Assembly (NCBI GenBank): GCA_002245135.1
Contig: NGBS01000292.1
Span: 186,001 to 250,000 of the forward strand
Length of the DNA stretch: 64,000 bases
Direction of reading: 5' to 3'
DNA from: Proteromonas lacertae
Lineage: Eukaryota
A model generated the notes under the pieces. It saw only the letters and a list, made by a program, of their open reading frames with translations. It did no database searches and had not been told where the DNA came from. The position numbers and the translations under genes are program-made. Shown piece by piece: positions 51,422-64,000 of the stretch. Every line of letters begins with the position of its first letter. Positions within the stretch are counted from its first letter, which is position 1.

Positions 51422-53527
51422 TTAAAGAAAGAGATTATAAATCTCCTTTACCTTGTGCTAACTTTTTCATCTCTATTAATTCATCATTCTTCATTTCTTT
51501 AAGATATGAAGGTAAGTTAAACACATAAACCATTCCATCACCACTAGCAGCAGCAAGTTGATTTAAATCTTTACCTGAGAAAGATATATTATTAACGGCA
51601 AATGAAGAAGAACATGAAACAGTGAATTTTGGACCATTTTTTGAACTCTATTTATTGAGGATATATAGAAATATTTATATATACAATTAAATCATAGATT
51701 AATACAGTACCATCAGTACTACCAGCAGCAAACACAGATGACTTATGAGGTGAGAAATTAACACATTTAAAGACTTGAAATGGTGGATATAAATCAACTA
51801 ATTTTTTAGACTATATTTTAAATATAAATTATATATATATATATATACATATAAATAATTGAAAACTTCAATACAACCATCCATCATAGTACAACATACT
51901 AAATTACTAATTAAAGGAGAAGTTTTTAATGAAAATAACGGGGAGTAATGAGGTTCAACATTCAATACAGATGTTTTAGCATATAAAACATAAGGAGATA
52001 GCTTACACTTGAATAAATGCTCTAATTTGATTTCTTTTAATTTATTCCTTTGTGCATATGATTCTATATGAGCAACAACCTATTTATAATTAATAAAATG
52101 ATTAAAATATTTATACTTTTTGTGTTGCTTGACATCTCTTAATCAAATCTAAAGCTCTCTTATCCCAATCATATTTTGTTACTGGTGGAATTTTATCATC
52201 TCTTAATCTTCCTTGATATATTACTCCTCCATTAGATGTGGCAATAAATGATGTAGTCATCATACCCTCATGAGTACATGCAACAGAAGTTACTATATAT
52301 ATATATATATATATAATTAAAAAATAAAGAATATATATATATATATACAAGCTGCTGGTTCTTTCAAATCCTTACTAACAGGTATATAAAACCCTAAAAA
52401 CGGATATTTCACATCATCTCTCAAATTCCAACATAATACCAATCCATCAGTACTTCCACTTAATATATGATATATTGTACTACTATCATATATCCAATCA
52501 ATCGCAATGATTGGTTCTTTATGAAATGGATCACCTACTGGTGTATTGCCTATATTTGGTTGTTCTGTGTAGGATATATTCCATATATGAACTTTACCAT
52601 CAAATGTACCAGCTGCAATAATGGAGGGGTTTTGAGGATGACATTTTATACAAGTTACGCATGTCTATTGTAATGAATAATAATTATATATATATATATA
52701 CATCACATTCAATAATTGTAAAAGGTTGTTTTAAATCTTTCACTTTCCAACATACAATACCACCTTGATGTTCACACCATGATAAATGATTATTCATACC
52801 ATAAGCAGCCCATAAATAATTATTATTACAGTTATATTGAACATCGATACATTGCAATCTTATTTTTTCTTCATTTTCCATAGATTCACGAGAGAGATAG
52901 GTATAATCGATTTTTTCTTTTATTACTGGACCATCTAAATTATCTAATGCTGAGGAGGCTTGATCTAGTTATTAATTAATTGAAAAATAATAGTATACTT
53001 TGGAATACATCCATTGTTTTTGATACATCTAATTCATTTAATATTAATTTACTCGCTCTTATAAAAAAGGCACTTGTTTTCTCATCTAATTTCCAATCTA
53101 AGTCAAAAGCATCACTAGCATATTCTAAAGTTATTTCTTCTGTTTGAGTATCATCTTCTATTGGTAGTGAATTATATATATCATCATCAGAAGGAGTAAG
53201 TCCATTCTTTACTGAATCTAACGAAGGTATTGTTAATTTCTTTGATATCATTTTAGGTGGTTCTTCTTTTCCTTCTGTTTTTTTACTCCCTTTCTTAGCT
53301 TTAACCTAAGTCAATATAAATTTCTTTAATACAAGTTGTTTTATTTTTATAGTTCTCACACGAGCATTAGGTATTATCAGCCCAGTTTGAAACTGACTGT
53401 CTTCATATTTAACTTCTTCAGTTTGACAACTACTTGAACTAGTGGTGATTTTGGATTGCCATTCACTTTTAATTGTTAGAAATGGTCCATCTCCATCTTG
53501 AAAAGTCAATTTTTTGCTTTTACTCAT
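51422..53527 (-). CDS. WDR34: WD40 dynein-2 (IFT dynein) intermediate chain, WDR34/FAP133-like
   Basis: N-terminal SCQT..FQT light-chain-binding-like motifs. AAYGMNNHLSWCEH, HPQNPSIIAAGTFDG, SGSTDGLVLCW, FSPHKSSVFAAGSTDG. Seven introns. Confidence 0.75.
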
Positions 53528-53618
53528 CCTAAAAATAAAACAAAAATTTGAATAATTAAATATTTGTTCGTTTCAATTAATCGTTATTTTATATTTTTTG
53601 AAGTTGAAATAGTATTTT

Positions 53619-54854
53619 ATGTCAGAACCAGTTGCAGTATAATATTTCTGGTTATTATTTTGCAGGAAATAGAAAATATACCTAAAGAGGAAAATAAATC
53701 TGAAAATCCTACTGAAAATATATTAACAAATGACCCATTGGTGAATGAAGTTAAAACTCAAGATGAACCAAAATCTAAACCTCCAAAAGCTGCAGAAAAA
53801 TATATTATTAACGAGAATGAAGAAGAAAAGAAGAATGAAACACCTAATCCTGTAGAAGAGGAAAAGAAAGAGCCTGAAATAAAGGCAATAACCTTACTTG
53901 ACAAAGAAAAGATGAAAAATGCAAAGCCTAAACAAATCACAAAAACAAAGAATCCTAACACACATTATGAAAAATATGCATCCTATTATCTCCATTATCC
54001 CATGTTTTTTATATTAATACAAATCTTGCAACTCTTTGTAAATAATATATTAGTAAATGAAGATACTGGTTGTTCAGAAGTTACATCATTTCTGATTGTT
54101 GATATAGTGTTTAGTTATGTGTTTTTACTTGCTAGTGCATGGATTCATATTGGATTAATCCCAATAACTAGATTTTATATTATTAAATACTTTTATTTAT
54201 TATATGGAATTTTATATACAATTTGGACAGTTGTTGCTTGTACTGTATTGGATAGTGGTAAAGGAGAATGTGTATTATTATTAAATTTATATTTATTATT
54301 CATAGAGTGACAATAATTTATCAATGTTAATATTTTGTTTCATAGAAATTGCACTTCAATTTTTCTTGATAGTTGCATATTTCGTTTTTGTAATGAATAT
54401 ATTCATAGATCATTATAAAGATAAAGAAGGTGAAGAAAACAGAGATACTACCGCAAATTATAATAATAATAATAATAATAATGTTGTAGTTGCTGTAGAA
54501 ATGACTCCTGAAGTTAATGAAATTAATAATGATAGTAATAGTAATAAACCAATAATCCAACTTCAAGAATCAGTGAAAGAAAGTGAATCAACCTATTCTA
54601 TGCAATCTGATGTGTCAGACAAACCAAAAAAGAAGAAGAAAGTTAAGAAAGTTAAGAAGGTGAAGAAAGTGAAGAAAGGAGCTAAATCTAAGAATGCAGA
54701 GAGTGATGTGGAGAATGAAAAGCCAAAGGATGAAACAAAAGAAGAAGGAGAAGAGAAAAAAGAAGAAGAAATAAAAGAAGGTGGTGTTAAAGAAGGAGAA
54801 AGTGAGAATAAAAAAGAAGAAAATGATAATGTAACCCCTTCAAACCCTAATTAG
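53619..54854 (+). CDS. Hypothetical four-TM membrane protein with charged termini
   Basis: ATG 53619 and two GT-AG introns join the ORF-track pieces. Four hydrophobic segments; K/E-rich tail. Confidence 0.65.
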
Positions 54855-55045
54855 AATACATGCATAAATTTTGAATACATTAGTCAATTGAATTATTTTT
54901 GTGTGAGAAGCTTGAGTATAATAGTTGGTAAAATTAGTTTAAATTGAGATACATCTTTGATAATTTGTTTAAAATTAAAAACTAAACAAGATCTGAGTTA
55001 TTTGCAAAATAGATTAGAATGCGTCATATGATCAACTTAAAATGA

Positions 55046-56077
55046 ATGAATTTAAGGAAAACATATGGAATATCATTTATAGTTTCATGGACTATCGTAT
55101 ATACTTCGATTCAACAACGTATAGGCGACTTAATTACAAAAATGGAATTAATCAGTAAGAGTTTTCGTGTATCACTCATCAAGGTATATATACTATATAT
55201 TAATATAACAGTATTATTCCTCTGTAAAGTATCTTGACTTGTCTCCATACAGAACTATCACAGATTCACATATACAACAGCTAGTTATGTATTTATTATT
55301 ACATTAATAATTTTAATTGTATTAATGTAGAAGATTTTCGAAAGTTGAAGTAATAAAATTTAATGAATGTTTTAATTGTATAAGATTCAATGAATCGTAT
55401 GAGTCATAGTTATAATTATTGTTTTAGTTTATGGGAAATCAAGATACTATGTCCTTTTATAAGAAAAATAATACTTTCAAACCAGTATTTTTCTAATTTT
55501 TTATTGTTATTTTCTAGTTCAATTGTTGGTGATTTTTTCAGTGAAAATGCTTTACAGTATCTTCTGGATTATAACATTGATCTATCAGATTTCTATAAAA
55601 TTGAATGTATTTACTATTATTATTATACTGTTTATTAATAATTAAATAGTAACAAATAACCGAAAAACTATAGTGACAGGTGTTCATAGTTTATTAGCTG
55701 CAGAAATTATAAAATTATATATTCAATTACAAATAACCAATCGTGAAATGTTATTGTACAATTGGATTTTGATAAGATATGTATTATATTCGTATAGAAG
55801 CAGTAACATATTGAAATATCCGTTGGAATTAATCATTACTTGTAGTGCTTATGCGACTTTCAAATTGTTTAATTGTAATATCAATTTCCAATCAATAATT
55901 CTAGGCATGATGATGATTGAATATTCAATGGAATATAGAGTAAACGATTATTTCAATATTAGTTTTAAAGATACAATTGGAACAATAGTGGATTTTTATA
56001 ATATATATTTTGTTCCACTTATTGTCTCATTTATGAATGATTTGAAAAGTAAGAGGGTTCAAGATTTGATCAAATGA
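55046..56077 (+). CDS. Compact, divergent retinoblastoma-like pocket protein
   Basis: LELIITCSAYATFKL...INFQSII and GTIVDFYNIYFVP resemble RB pocket B motifs; LSDFYKIE resembles pocket A. Three introns; start uncertain. Confidence 0.5.
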
Positions 56078-56464
56078 TAAGAATAACAATTAAAGTGGAT
56101 GTACATGCTATATATATACTTTTATTATTGTAAATAAAGTAAGTTTTATCAATTTAATTCTTTTCTTGTATAGTTTTTTGTAAATTATAAAATAGTTGAT
56201 ATTTTAATTATCAGTCTCCTCTTTTATACTGTAATAAGCATTATCTGAGAATTAAAACTGAAATAAAGACCAATATACACTTGTAAAGAAAATACTCATA
56301 CTCTCATCTTCATTTTATTCAAATACACAAGATAATAAAAGCATTTATATCTAGTGTAGTATTTATCTAAGATTTCTATTTTCGAAAAGAACAAAAAGAA
56401 TCAAGCAAAGAGCTTGAGATTATTTTTTTGATTTTTTGGATATAAAGAGTAGTAGTAGATTATA

Positions 56465-57878
56465 ATGTCTGATAAAAATATACATATTAACTGTATACAT
56501 TCATTAACCTAAAATAATTTAGATCCGACAAGCGATATGTTTAATTGGTTATTTCTAAATGCAGATAGTGTACAAGTATAGCATATTTTGTATAAAAATT
56601 CGAATAGAATGAGCCTGCTAATAACACAGCTATATACCCTCCTTCATTTACAAATTCTGGTATATTGTTTTTAATCTACTTATCAAAATAGAAAATATAA
56701 AACTGACAATACCACCAAATATACCTCCATCATCTCCAATTACACCTTCACCAAATGTCAATAATACAGATTCTTCAGGTTCTGACAATAATAATTACTA
56801 TAATAATAACACAGAGAATATGAATAATCATCCAACCAAACGAGGAAGAAAGCGACGAATGGAAGATGTAAGTGGAGATGATAAAACATTAGAAAGACTA
56901 CAGAAGAATCGTGAAAGTGCAAGAGAAAGTCGTAAAAGAAAAAAAGCACAAATGGAACAAATAGAAGCAAGGTTACACGAATTAGAAGAAGAAAACCGAA
57001 TATTATTGTTAGAATTAAAGAAAGGTAAAGAACATGTAATATTAGAAGAAGAAGAGAAATGGACTATTACAAAGCAACTAGGAGAAGTATATATTATTAT
57101 ATCCTATTTATTAGATGTTACAAAAAGGAGCACCAGAAGAAGAAATCTCTAAAACATTACAAATGTTTGGTGAAAAATACAGTGATTATGGAACGACAAG
57201 AACAAAATCATTAATATATCATATTGACGAAATTGAGAGGTTATTATTACCAACTCAAGTCACTAAAATGTGTATGTGGTCGTTACATCAAGATGATGAT
57301 TTTTTTAAAGTATTTTTTTATACTTTTTATTTTTTGAAAATAGGAAGAAGTCGATGATCAAGTGACATTATCTACTGGTGGTTCAATATGGACAATTCTT
57401 TGTCAATATCTTGGCGTGACTGATGAGCAGAAGGAAGCAGTTAAACAGAAACGCAGTAAAATACGTTCAATAATTAATGAACAAAAAGAAACTTTGAAAT
57501 TATTATCAATATTGAAAGAAAGAATAATTAATCATAATTCTACATTGGATCAAGAGATGAATGAAATACAATCTGTATTAAGTCCATCTCAAGCTGCAAA
57601 AGTATATATATATAATGTTATTTGTATAGTTTATAATGTGGGTGACTGATAATGCTGCTTGTATGCAGATGTTGAATAAACTATGGTCAACAAGTTATAA
57701 TTTGAATCAAGCTCCTCTTCCACCAGATCCGTTGTTAGATAGTCCAATAATAACTACTACTACTACTATTTCACAGCAGCAGCAACAACAACAGGAAGAA
57801 CAACAACAAGGAGAGAACCAGAAAGAAGAACAGCGAATAATTAGAAATGAAAATACAAAATCAAAAAATGAAGAGTAG
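56465..57878 (+). CDS. bZIP transcription factor with helical C-terminal domain
   Basis: ERLQKNRESARESRKRKK followed by a leucine zipper. Six GT-AG introns join the ORF-track pieces. Confidence 0.88.
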
Positions 57879-58033
57879 ATAAAATGAAAAAATTGTGATA
57901 AATTAATTATTTTATATGTTTATATGATATTTTGGAATATTTTTACTTTCTTGTATAATCATAATCACATTGTATTTGATTTTGTATTTAATTAAAATTA
58001 GAATCAGCAGCAGCAATACATTAATATAAATGT

Positions 58034-60186
58034 TTAAATATTCATATACTCTAACTTTATTGATGAGAAACTGATAATAATTCTATTGATATTTTAAGTC
58101 CACCTAATACAGCATATGTATATAACTGGCAGAAGGTAAATCTTTAACAAGTAAAACAGGAGATGAATCATTATGACTTATCCAAAATTCTCTTTTATTC
58201 ATATCAACAATCACTTCATAAATTGAACCATCTCCACAATCATTGAAATTTGGATTTTCATTAACAACTCTTCCAATATAGACAATCATTCAGTAATATC
58301 TTTACTTTTACCATTCCATGCATAATAATTACATGTTGTTGATTGATAAAAAATATCTACACCAAGAATATGTATTATCAGTTGATAATCCTAACATTAT
58401 ACCATCATATTTACTTCCATTTTGATGAAATTGATATTTGATATGATAAATTCCATTTTCCATTTTCAAATTCAAATAACAATGAAGATAACTATAACAT
58501 GTATTTGTGATTAATTTTCCATTATCTGATACTTCTATTTCATCACTTTTGTTTAATTTAGTGAATAATCCTAACATAAATGCCAATAATATTTTGAATT
58601 TCTTTTCACTTAGAATATTCTTACATATTATTTCATATTCTCTCTTTTCTATATCTTTATCAACTTTTCCATGAATTATTCCATTTTCTTTGATCTATTA
58701 TCATTCCATCAGGTAAGGAAGGATTGATTGAAAATTCACATCACTCCATTAAATAATGGAATTATTGATATTTCTTCATTTATATCCAAATGAATATTCT
58801 GATTGAGAATATGAAAATGATGTGATTTCTTTTGTTTTTAATTCTTTCAATATTCTTTATCTTTCATTATTTTAATCATTTCTTCTTCGAAACTCAATTT
58901 ATTCTCTTTTATATATTCTATTAATAATTCTTTCGATTTGGAATGTAGATAATTATCTTCATTCAATATTCTGAAAAGAATCTCTTTTCCACATATTTCT
59001 TCTATTATTGAAATATTCTTTTTAATATCAACAAATAAACATAAACATCTCATTGTTCGATTTCTTTTATTCTCATTATATTCCATACATAATCTATCCA
59101 ATATATTTATCTTTTCGATATTTGAGATATTTTCTATTTAAATATATTTTTAGTATTTATACTTTCATTTTCATATTTTTATATTTCATTATCATCAATA
59201 CTATTTCCGTCATTTTTATATTATTCATTTCTAATATACACATTATTTCATCATTCAATTCTTCTTCTTTTATTATATCCAATATTCTTCTTTCTTCTTC
59301 ATTAAAGTCTTCTTCTTTATTATCTTCTTCATTATCTTCATTGTATTTGTTGATTATTACATTTTGAATTCTCTCATCTTTTATTAAATATATTTCTATA
59401 TGATTTTTACATTCATTTTTCTTCAATTCTATTTTCATTTCTTTCAACATTTCTTTATTCTCTTTTTCTATCTCTTTCTCTTTTATCTTTTCACCATCGA
59501 TATCTTCTTCTATAAATTGTTTAAAATCATCTTGTATTTCTTTATTATCATTGTTATTCTTTTGGAATTTATACCATTCTAATAAACGATTTAATAACCG
59601 TAACTCATTCACTATTATCATATCTTTCATATTTAATATCTCAATCAAATTATTCATTTCTAATCTCAACAAATATTCATTCTTATATAAATATTTATAT
59701 CCTCGCTTTTCTATTTCCATATTTTTCAAGTCTTCTATCTCTCTCAAACATCCACCAAATACATTACATATATGAATTAACTTCATTAACACATCTTCAT
59801 CTATATTATTCTTCACAAATTCATAACAATCATTTATTATCTCTTTTTCACAATAACATAAACAAAACATCAACACTTCACATACACTCTCTTTACAGAT
59901 TATCAGTTCACCACCACTGTAGTATTTCTCCATCTCATAATAGCCAATTTCTTCGATTTCTTCATATAACTCCAAAACTCCTACAAACTCTCTATCTAAT
60001 AACAGTTTCTTTACAGTTTCATTTCCATTCACTAAAATTGATTTGATTGACATTATTCGATTATCCCCAATCTTCACTTCTATATCACCAAAACCACTTT
60101 CAACCAATTTTCGACATAATCTATCATAAAAACATATATAAAATATACCCCTCTTCTCTTATGCTTTTATTCACTTTTGTTATCAT
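58034..60186 (-). pseudogene. BTB/BACK plus SPRY-like protein, frame disrupted several times
   Basis: BTB-like start GFGDIEVKIG..KSILV; BACK-like LIEILNMKDMIIVNELRLLNRLLEW; SPRY-like IEVSDNGKLITN..GIYHIK..YEVIVDMNKREFWI. Multiple shifts and stops; may be sequence errors. Confidence 0.55.
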
Positions 60187-61002
60187 CTTTATGTAAATAT
60201 AAAACAAAAATAACGAAATTTGATTTTTATCAAAATTTTGAATAACCCAAAAATTAAAATGTGATTTAAATCATATGCAGATGGTGTGATAAAAACAATA
60301 ATACTCAATTCTGATTCATTAATGCATATTGAATATGATATGATGATATAAATGATGAATGTTAAGTTTTAGTGTTAGTTAGTGTTTAGAGTATGAAATA
60401 TAAGATGAAGATGATAATGTTTTTTTATGATGATGCTGTTTATATGTGAAGATAGTACAGAAAGTATAACTTCATGTTTATCCTAATTTTTGCGCCTTTC
60501 CCATTGACAATATGTGAAAATATGTGTTTATTTTCTATTATGATTTTTATCTAATAATAACAAAGATAGAAAATAAAGCAAGTTAATCTTAACGAACTAA
60601 CATATCTATAACAATTTAACCATTAAATTTGTTAAATATTTCAGACCAACGTGAATCATATTTCATATTGTCGCTCGCTCGTTATTTAATCATAACAATT
60701 GCTTAAAATTTCTGAAATAGCATAATAAAAAGCTTTGACAAAAAACACAATCCGAAAATAAAAAATTTCACAAATGTTCACAATATGAGAAACACTAATT
60801 TACACATATTTTAATTTGCAGTGTGTCTACCATATTGCGTATATCTAAAAACACTAATAACTTGAACTATACCTGTTTCATCACTGCTACTTTTCTCTAT
60901 CATTATAAAATAAGAATCGAACTTTCAAATCATATTTGGCTTGAAAAGAGTTTGATAATTTTTTTTAATTCTTTTATCATTCTTACTTGTTTCACTTTAA
61001 AC

Positions 61003-62103
61003 ATGTCTGAAAATTGGTGTTTAATTGAATCTGATCCAGGTATAATTATCTATGCAATAATTATAATATAAATAGGTGTTTTTACAGAGATGATTAGTTC
61101 TCTAGGTGTAAATGGTTTGCAAGTGGAAGAAATCTATTCATTAGAAGATAAAAGTTTATATGAAGATGTAGAACCAATTCATGGCTTGATTTTTCTTTTT
61201 CGTTTTGATTCTGAACTCTATCAGAAAGATCAAAGACCCACTGTTTCAAGTGCATCATTACCAAATGTATTTTACTCCAAACAAGTATAAATGTTCAATT
61301 AATTGAAATAATAGATAGTGAGTAATGCATGTGCTACCCAAGCCATTTTACATGTGTTATTAAACTTACCTCCTAACATTCCGATAGGCGTAATGTTAAG
61401 TAGTTTCAAAGAACTAGTTTTACCAATGGATTCAACAAGCAGAGGAGAGCAAGTAGGTCAAAATAATCGAATTCGTAATATTCACAATAGTTACTGTGCT
61501 TCTGATCCATTGTTGTTACTAGACCATGATAACGAAGATGATAATGACAAAAGTGGAAATGCTTATCATTTCATATCCTACGTACCAATTGATGGTAAAA
61601 TATATGAACTAGATGGTTTAAGAGGTGATCCAATCATAGTTGGAGAATATAATAATAATAATATCAATAGTAATGATAATAATTGGATTGAAGTAGTAAA
61701 AAATGAAGTAAAACGAAGAATGGAAGAATTTTCAGTTAAAGAAAATGGTTTCACATTATTAGGTGTAGTAGATAATATAAAAGAAAAATGTATCAAAGAG
61801 TTAAACAAAGAAATTGAATTAATTGGAATAATTCAAAACTATGCTATTACGAATACAATTCCTAATGGTTATACTATCAAAGATATAGGTGAGACTGAAG
61901 AAGAAAGATCATTAATAATAGCTTCCCATCAGGAAATGATGAGAGAAATGGAAGAAAAGATTGCTAATGAAGATAAGAAGTTTGAAAGATATAGAATAGA
62001 GAACAATCGTCGTAAACACAACTATATTCCATTTGCAATGGAATTATTGAAGATTATGTGTGAAAAGAATATAATAGATGGAGTATATAATGATGCTGAA
62101 CAG

Positions 62104-62141
<38 letters not shown>

Positions 62142-62215
62142 GTGTTTTATGTGATTTATTTTTATAGAGAAAAGAGTATATTGAGAGAGAGAAAGCGAAA
62201 CGACAAACTAAATAG
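61003..62215 (+). CDS. UCHL5: Ubiquitin C-terminal hydrolase L5 (UCH37)
   Basis: WCLIESDPGVFT, PIHGLIFLF, KQIVSNACATQA, AYHFISYVPIDGKIYELDGL, ENNRRKHNYIPF. Three introns. Confidence 0.95.
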
Positions 62216-62567
62216 CCAATAGAATTGATTCTTTTCTCTTTCCACTATTATTATGTTATTTTTTAAGATTGTTTGTATGGTATTTTGAGTATTTTAATGC
62301 ATGTGCAACTTAAGAACTAGGTATAATTCTTTATGAGTTTAATTCGAGATATTTTTAGATAAATACTATGATATCAATGACTAGAAATTACCAACATGCT
62401 TAACATGCCTTTTTAGATAATAAAAATATGTTTTTGAAGTAAACATAACAGATATCTAGAGTTTACAGTATAAAAAATGTAGTAATAGAAAGTTTAATAT
62501 CCCCAAAAACAACAACATAAAAATAGCAAAAAAGTTTTTCATTATATTTACTCTATATCTACACACA

Positions 62568-63800
62568 TTATTGATTATTCAATCTAGTTTGACTTCTTAA
62601 GGCATAATGAGAACCATTCCTTCTTGTTTTAAATTTAGGTTTGCCAACATATGGCTCAAAGTCCATATCACTCTCTCTTCTCTTTCTTTTATCTAAATAA
62701 ACAAAATCAGAATAAATCTATAAAATATACAGCCTCCATGTTGACTAATTTGTGGAAATAGTTGGATTTGCATGTTCTACTGCTCTTTTTGATTGATTAT
62801 ACAACCCATAATACAAACTATAATTGTCATTTGCATCAAGGTTATAGCCATTTACTTCCTCATGGATATTGTGTGTAATTGCATTATAGTAAATTGTTTG
62901 ATCATTTTTATGAATAGAAAATATGGGTGAAAAAAAGGGCTATTAATATAATTATTACAAAATAATAATAATAATATATATACAATAATATTCGGTACAA
63001 AATGATTCAATTTATAAAACACTTGTTCTAGGGATGTACTATTTTTATAATATTCAAAAGCTACTATTTTATTATCTGATTTTAATTCAAACTATTACAA
63101 TTACATATAATATTCATTTATACTTGATATAATTTCTTATTATTAGAATCATTTAGAATAAACGGAGAATGCATCTATTTTGATTTAAATAAATATTTAG
63201 AAATACAATAAATTCAGTTCCTGGTGAAGCAGATAATATAATAAAACTGGGATGACTTCTGTATCTAAAAGCATCATTCAAATCACTTAATGTCAAAAAC
63301 CTATATATCATAAATTATTATTTCATTCAATTTTATATAAAATAAATTAATACAGTTGTTTGTTTTGTTTTCTAAACAGTTGTTGAATATTATAATTTAT
63401 ATCCTAATATAATAATCATTGAATATATACCCTATGACAAGCCTCTATAACCATATCTTCAGCATTCCATGATTTAAATGCATCTCTTTCTTTAAGTATC
63501 TAATATTGTGTAATAATAAAACATACAATATCCATTAATTCACGTTTAACTATGTAATTCCCATTATTGTCGTTCTTTTCAATAAAGTTAGATTCTACAT
63601 AGGGTATGCATTAAACAAAATACTTAGTAATATGTATTTGATAATTTTCTTGTCTTTTTCGAAAAGTGGGGAATCTAATTCAATATATACAACTTTTAAT
63701 ACCTAAAACTTTATCAGTATTCCTACATGATGACAGAAGATTGATAGCCAAATTTAGATAATTATTATCTGTATCGAAGTAAGGCATATACGCCAAAATT
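62568..63800 (-). CDS. Multi-exon divergent E2F-like protein (coiled-coil/marked-box); 5' end unresolved
   Basis: Not in the ORF track. Spliced exons give IQQLFRKQNKQLFLTLSDLNDAF..SFIILSASPGTEFIMHSP..KLYQFELKSDNKIVAF, which resembles the E2F marked box. About 9 GTAT-AG introns; stop at 62568. Confidence 0.5.
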
Positions 63801-64000
63801 CTATTGAAACAATTTTAGATTATAAAAATATAGTCGTTATTATACTAAAATCATTTTCTATTTTACACCAGATAGTTTACTCGTTTGATGTAAATTCCAT
63901 TTGAAACATATACAGTAGCTGTATATACGTATAATTATTAAAGAATTAAAAAGTATAGATAATTCTGCTCAACTATTACTCTTTCGATTTAATACAGTCA

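Noticed and set aside
4281..59775. Numerous antisense and alternate-frame ORFs in the track (poly-C/L/S/H peptides, e.g. 11855-12337, 40494-41057, 42496-42924)
   Set aside because: Shadows of CAA/AAT/GAA-rich coding repeats on real genes.
60190..61000. About 800-bp gene-free gap, large for this window
   Set aside because: No convincing ORF, tRNA, snRNA or terminal repeats seen; an Rfam scan would be needed.
63928..63946. Minus-strand TTCTTTAAT..AC resembling a U12 3' end near the E2F-like gene
   Set aside because: No ATATCC donor inside the window and no frame evidence; cannot be supported.

Overview
Very AT-rich, gene-dense eukaryotic DNA in the standard genetic code. It holds about 30 protein genes, intergenic spacers often under 150 bp, and roughly 95-100 tiny spliceosomal introns by my manual count (mostly 25-40 nt, GTAT...TAG). 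The intron style, the Cys-rich surface-protein modules and a mastigoneme-type protein suggest a stramenopile of the Blastocystis/Proteromonas (Opalinata) kind; this is inference. The ORF track fragments most genes because of introns and scattered single-base frameshifts, which are probably consensus errors. Main points: (1) three minor-spliceosome (U12-type) introns, one AT-AC and two best read as AT-AA, each about twice the length of the ordinary introns; (2) flagellar genes (CCDC39, WDR34) and a mastigoneme-family EGF protein with an unusual long N-terminal mucin plus GLUG-like extension, head-to-head with a kinesin; (3) a 304-nt kinesin intron containing a long inverted repeat; (4) a roughly 2,300-aa membrane-anchored metzincin with a recent 1.15-kb tandem duplication; (5) highly divergent RB-like and E2F-like genes. 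Gene calls come from motif recognition by eye; no database searches were run.
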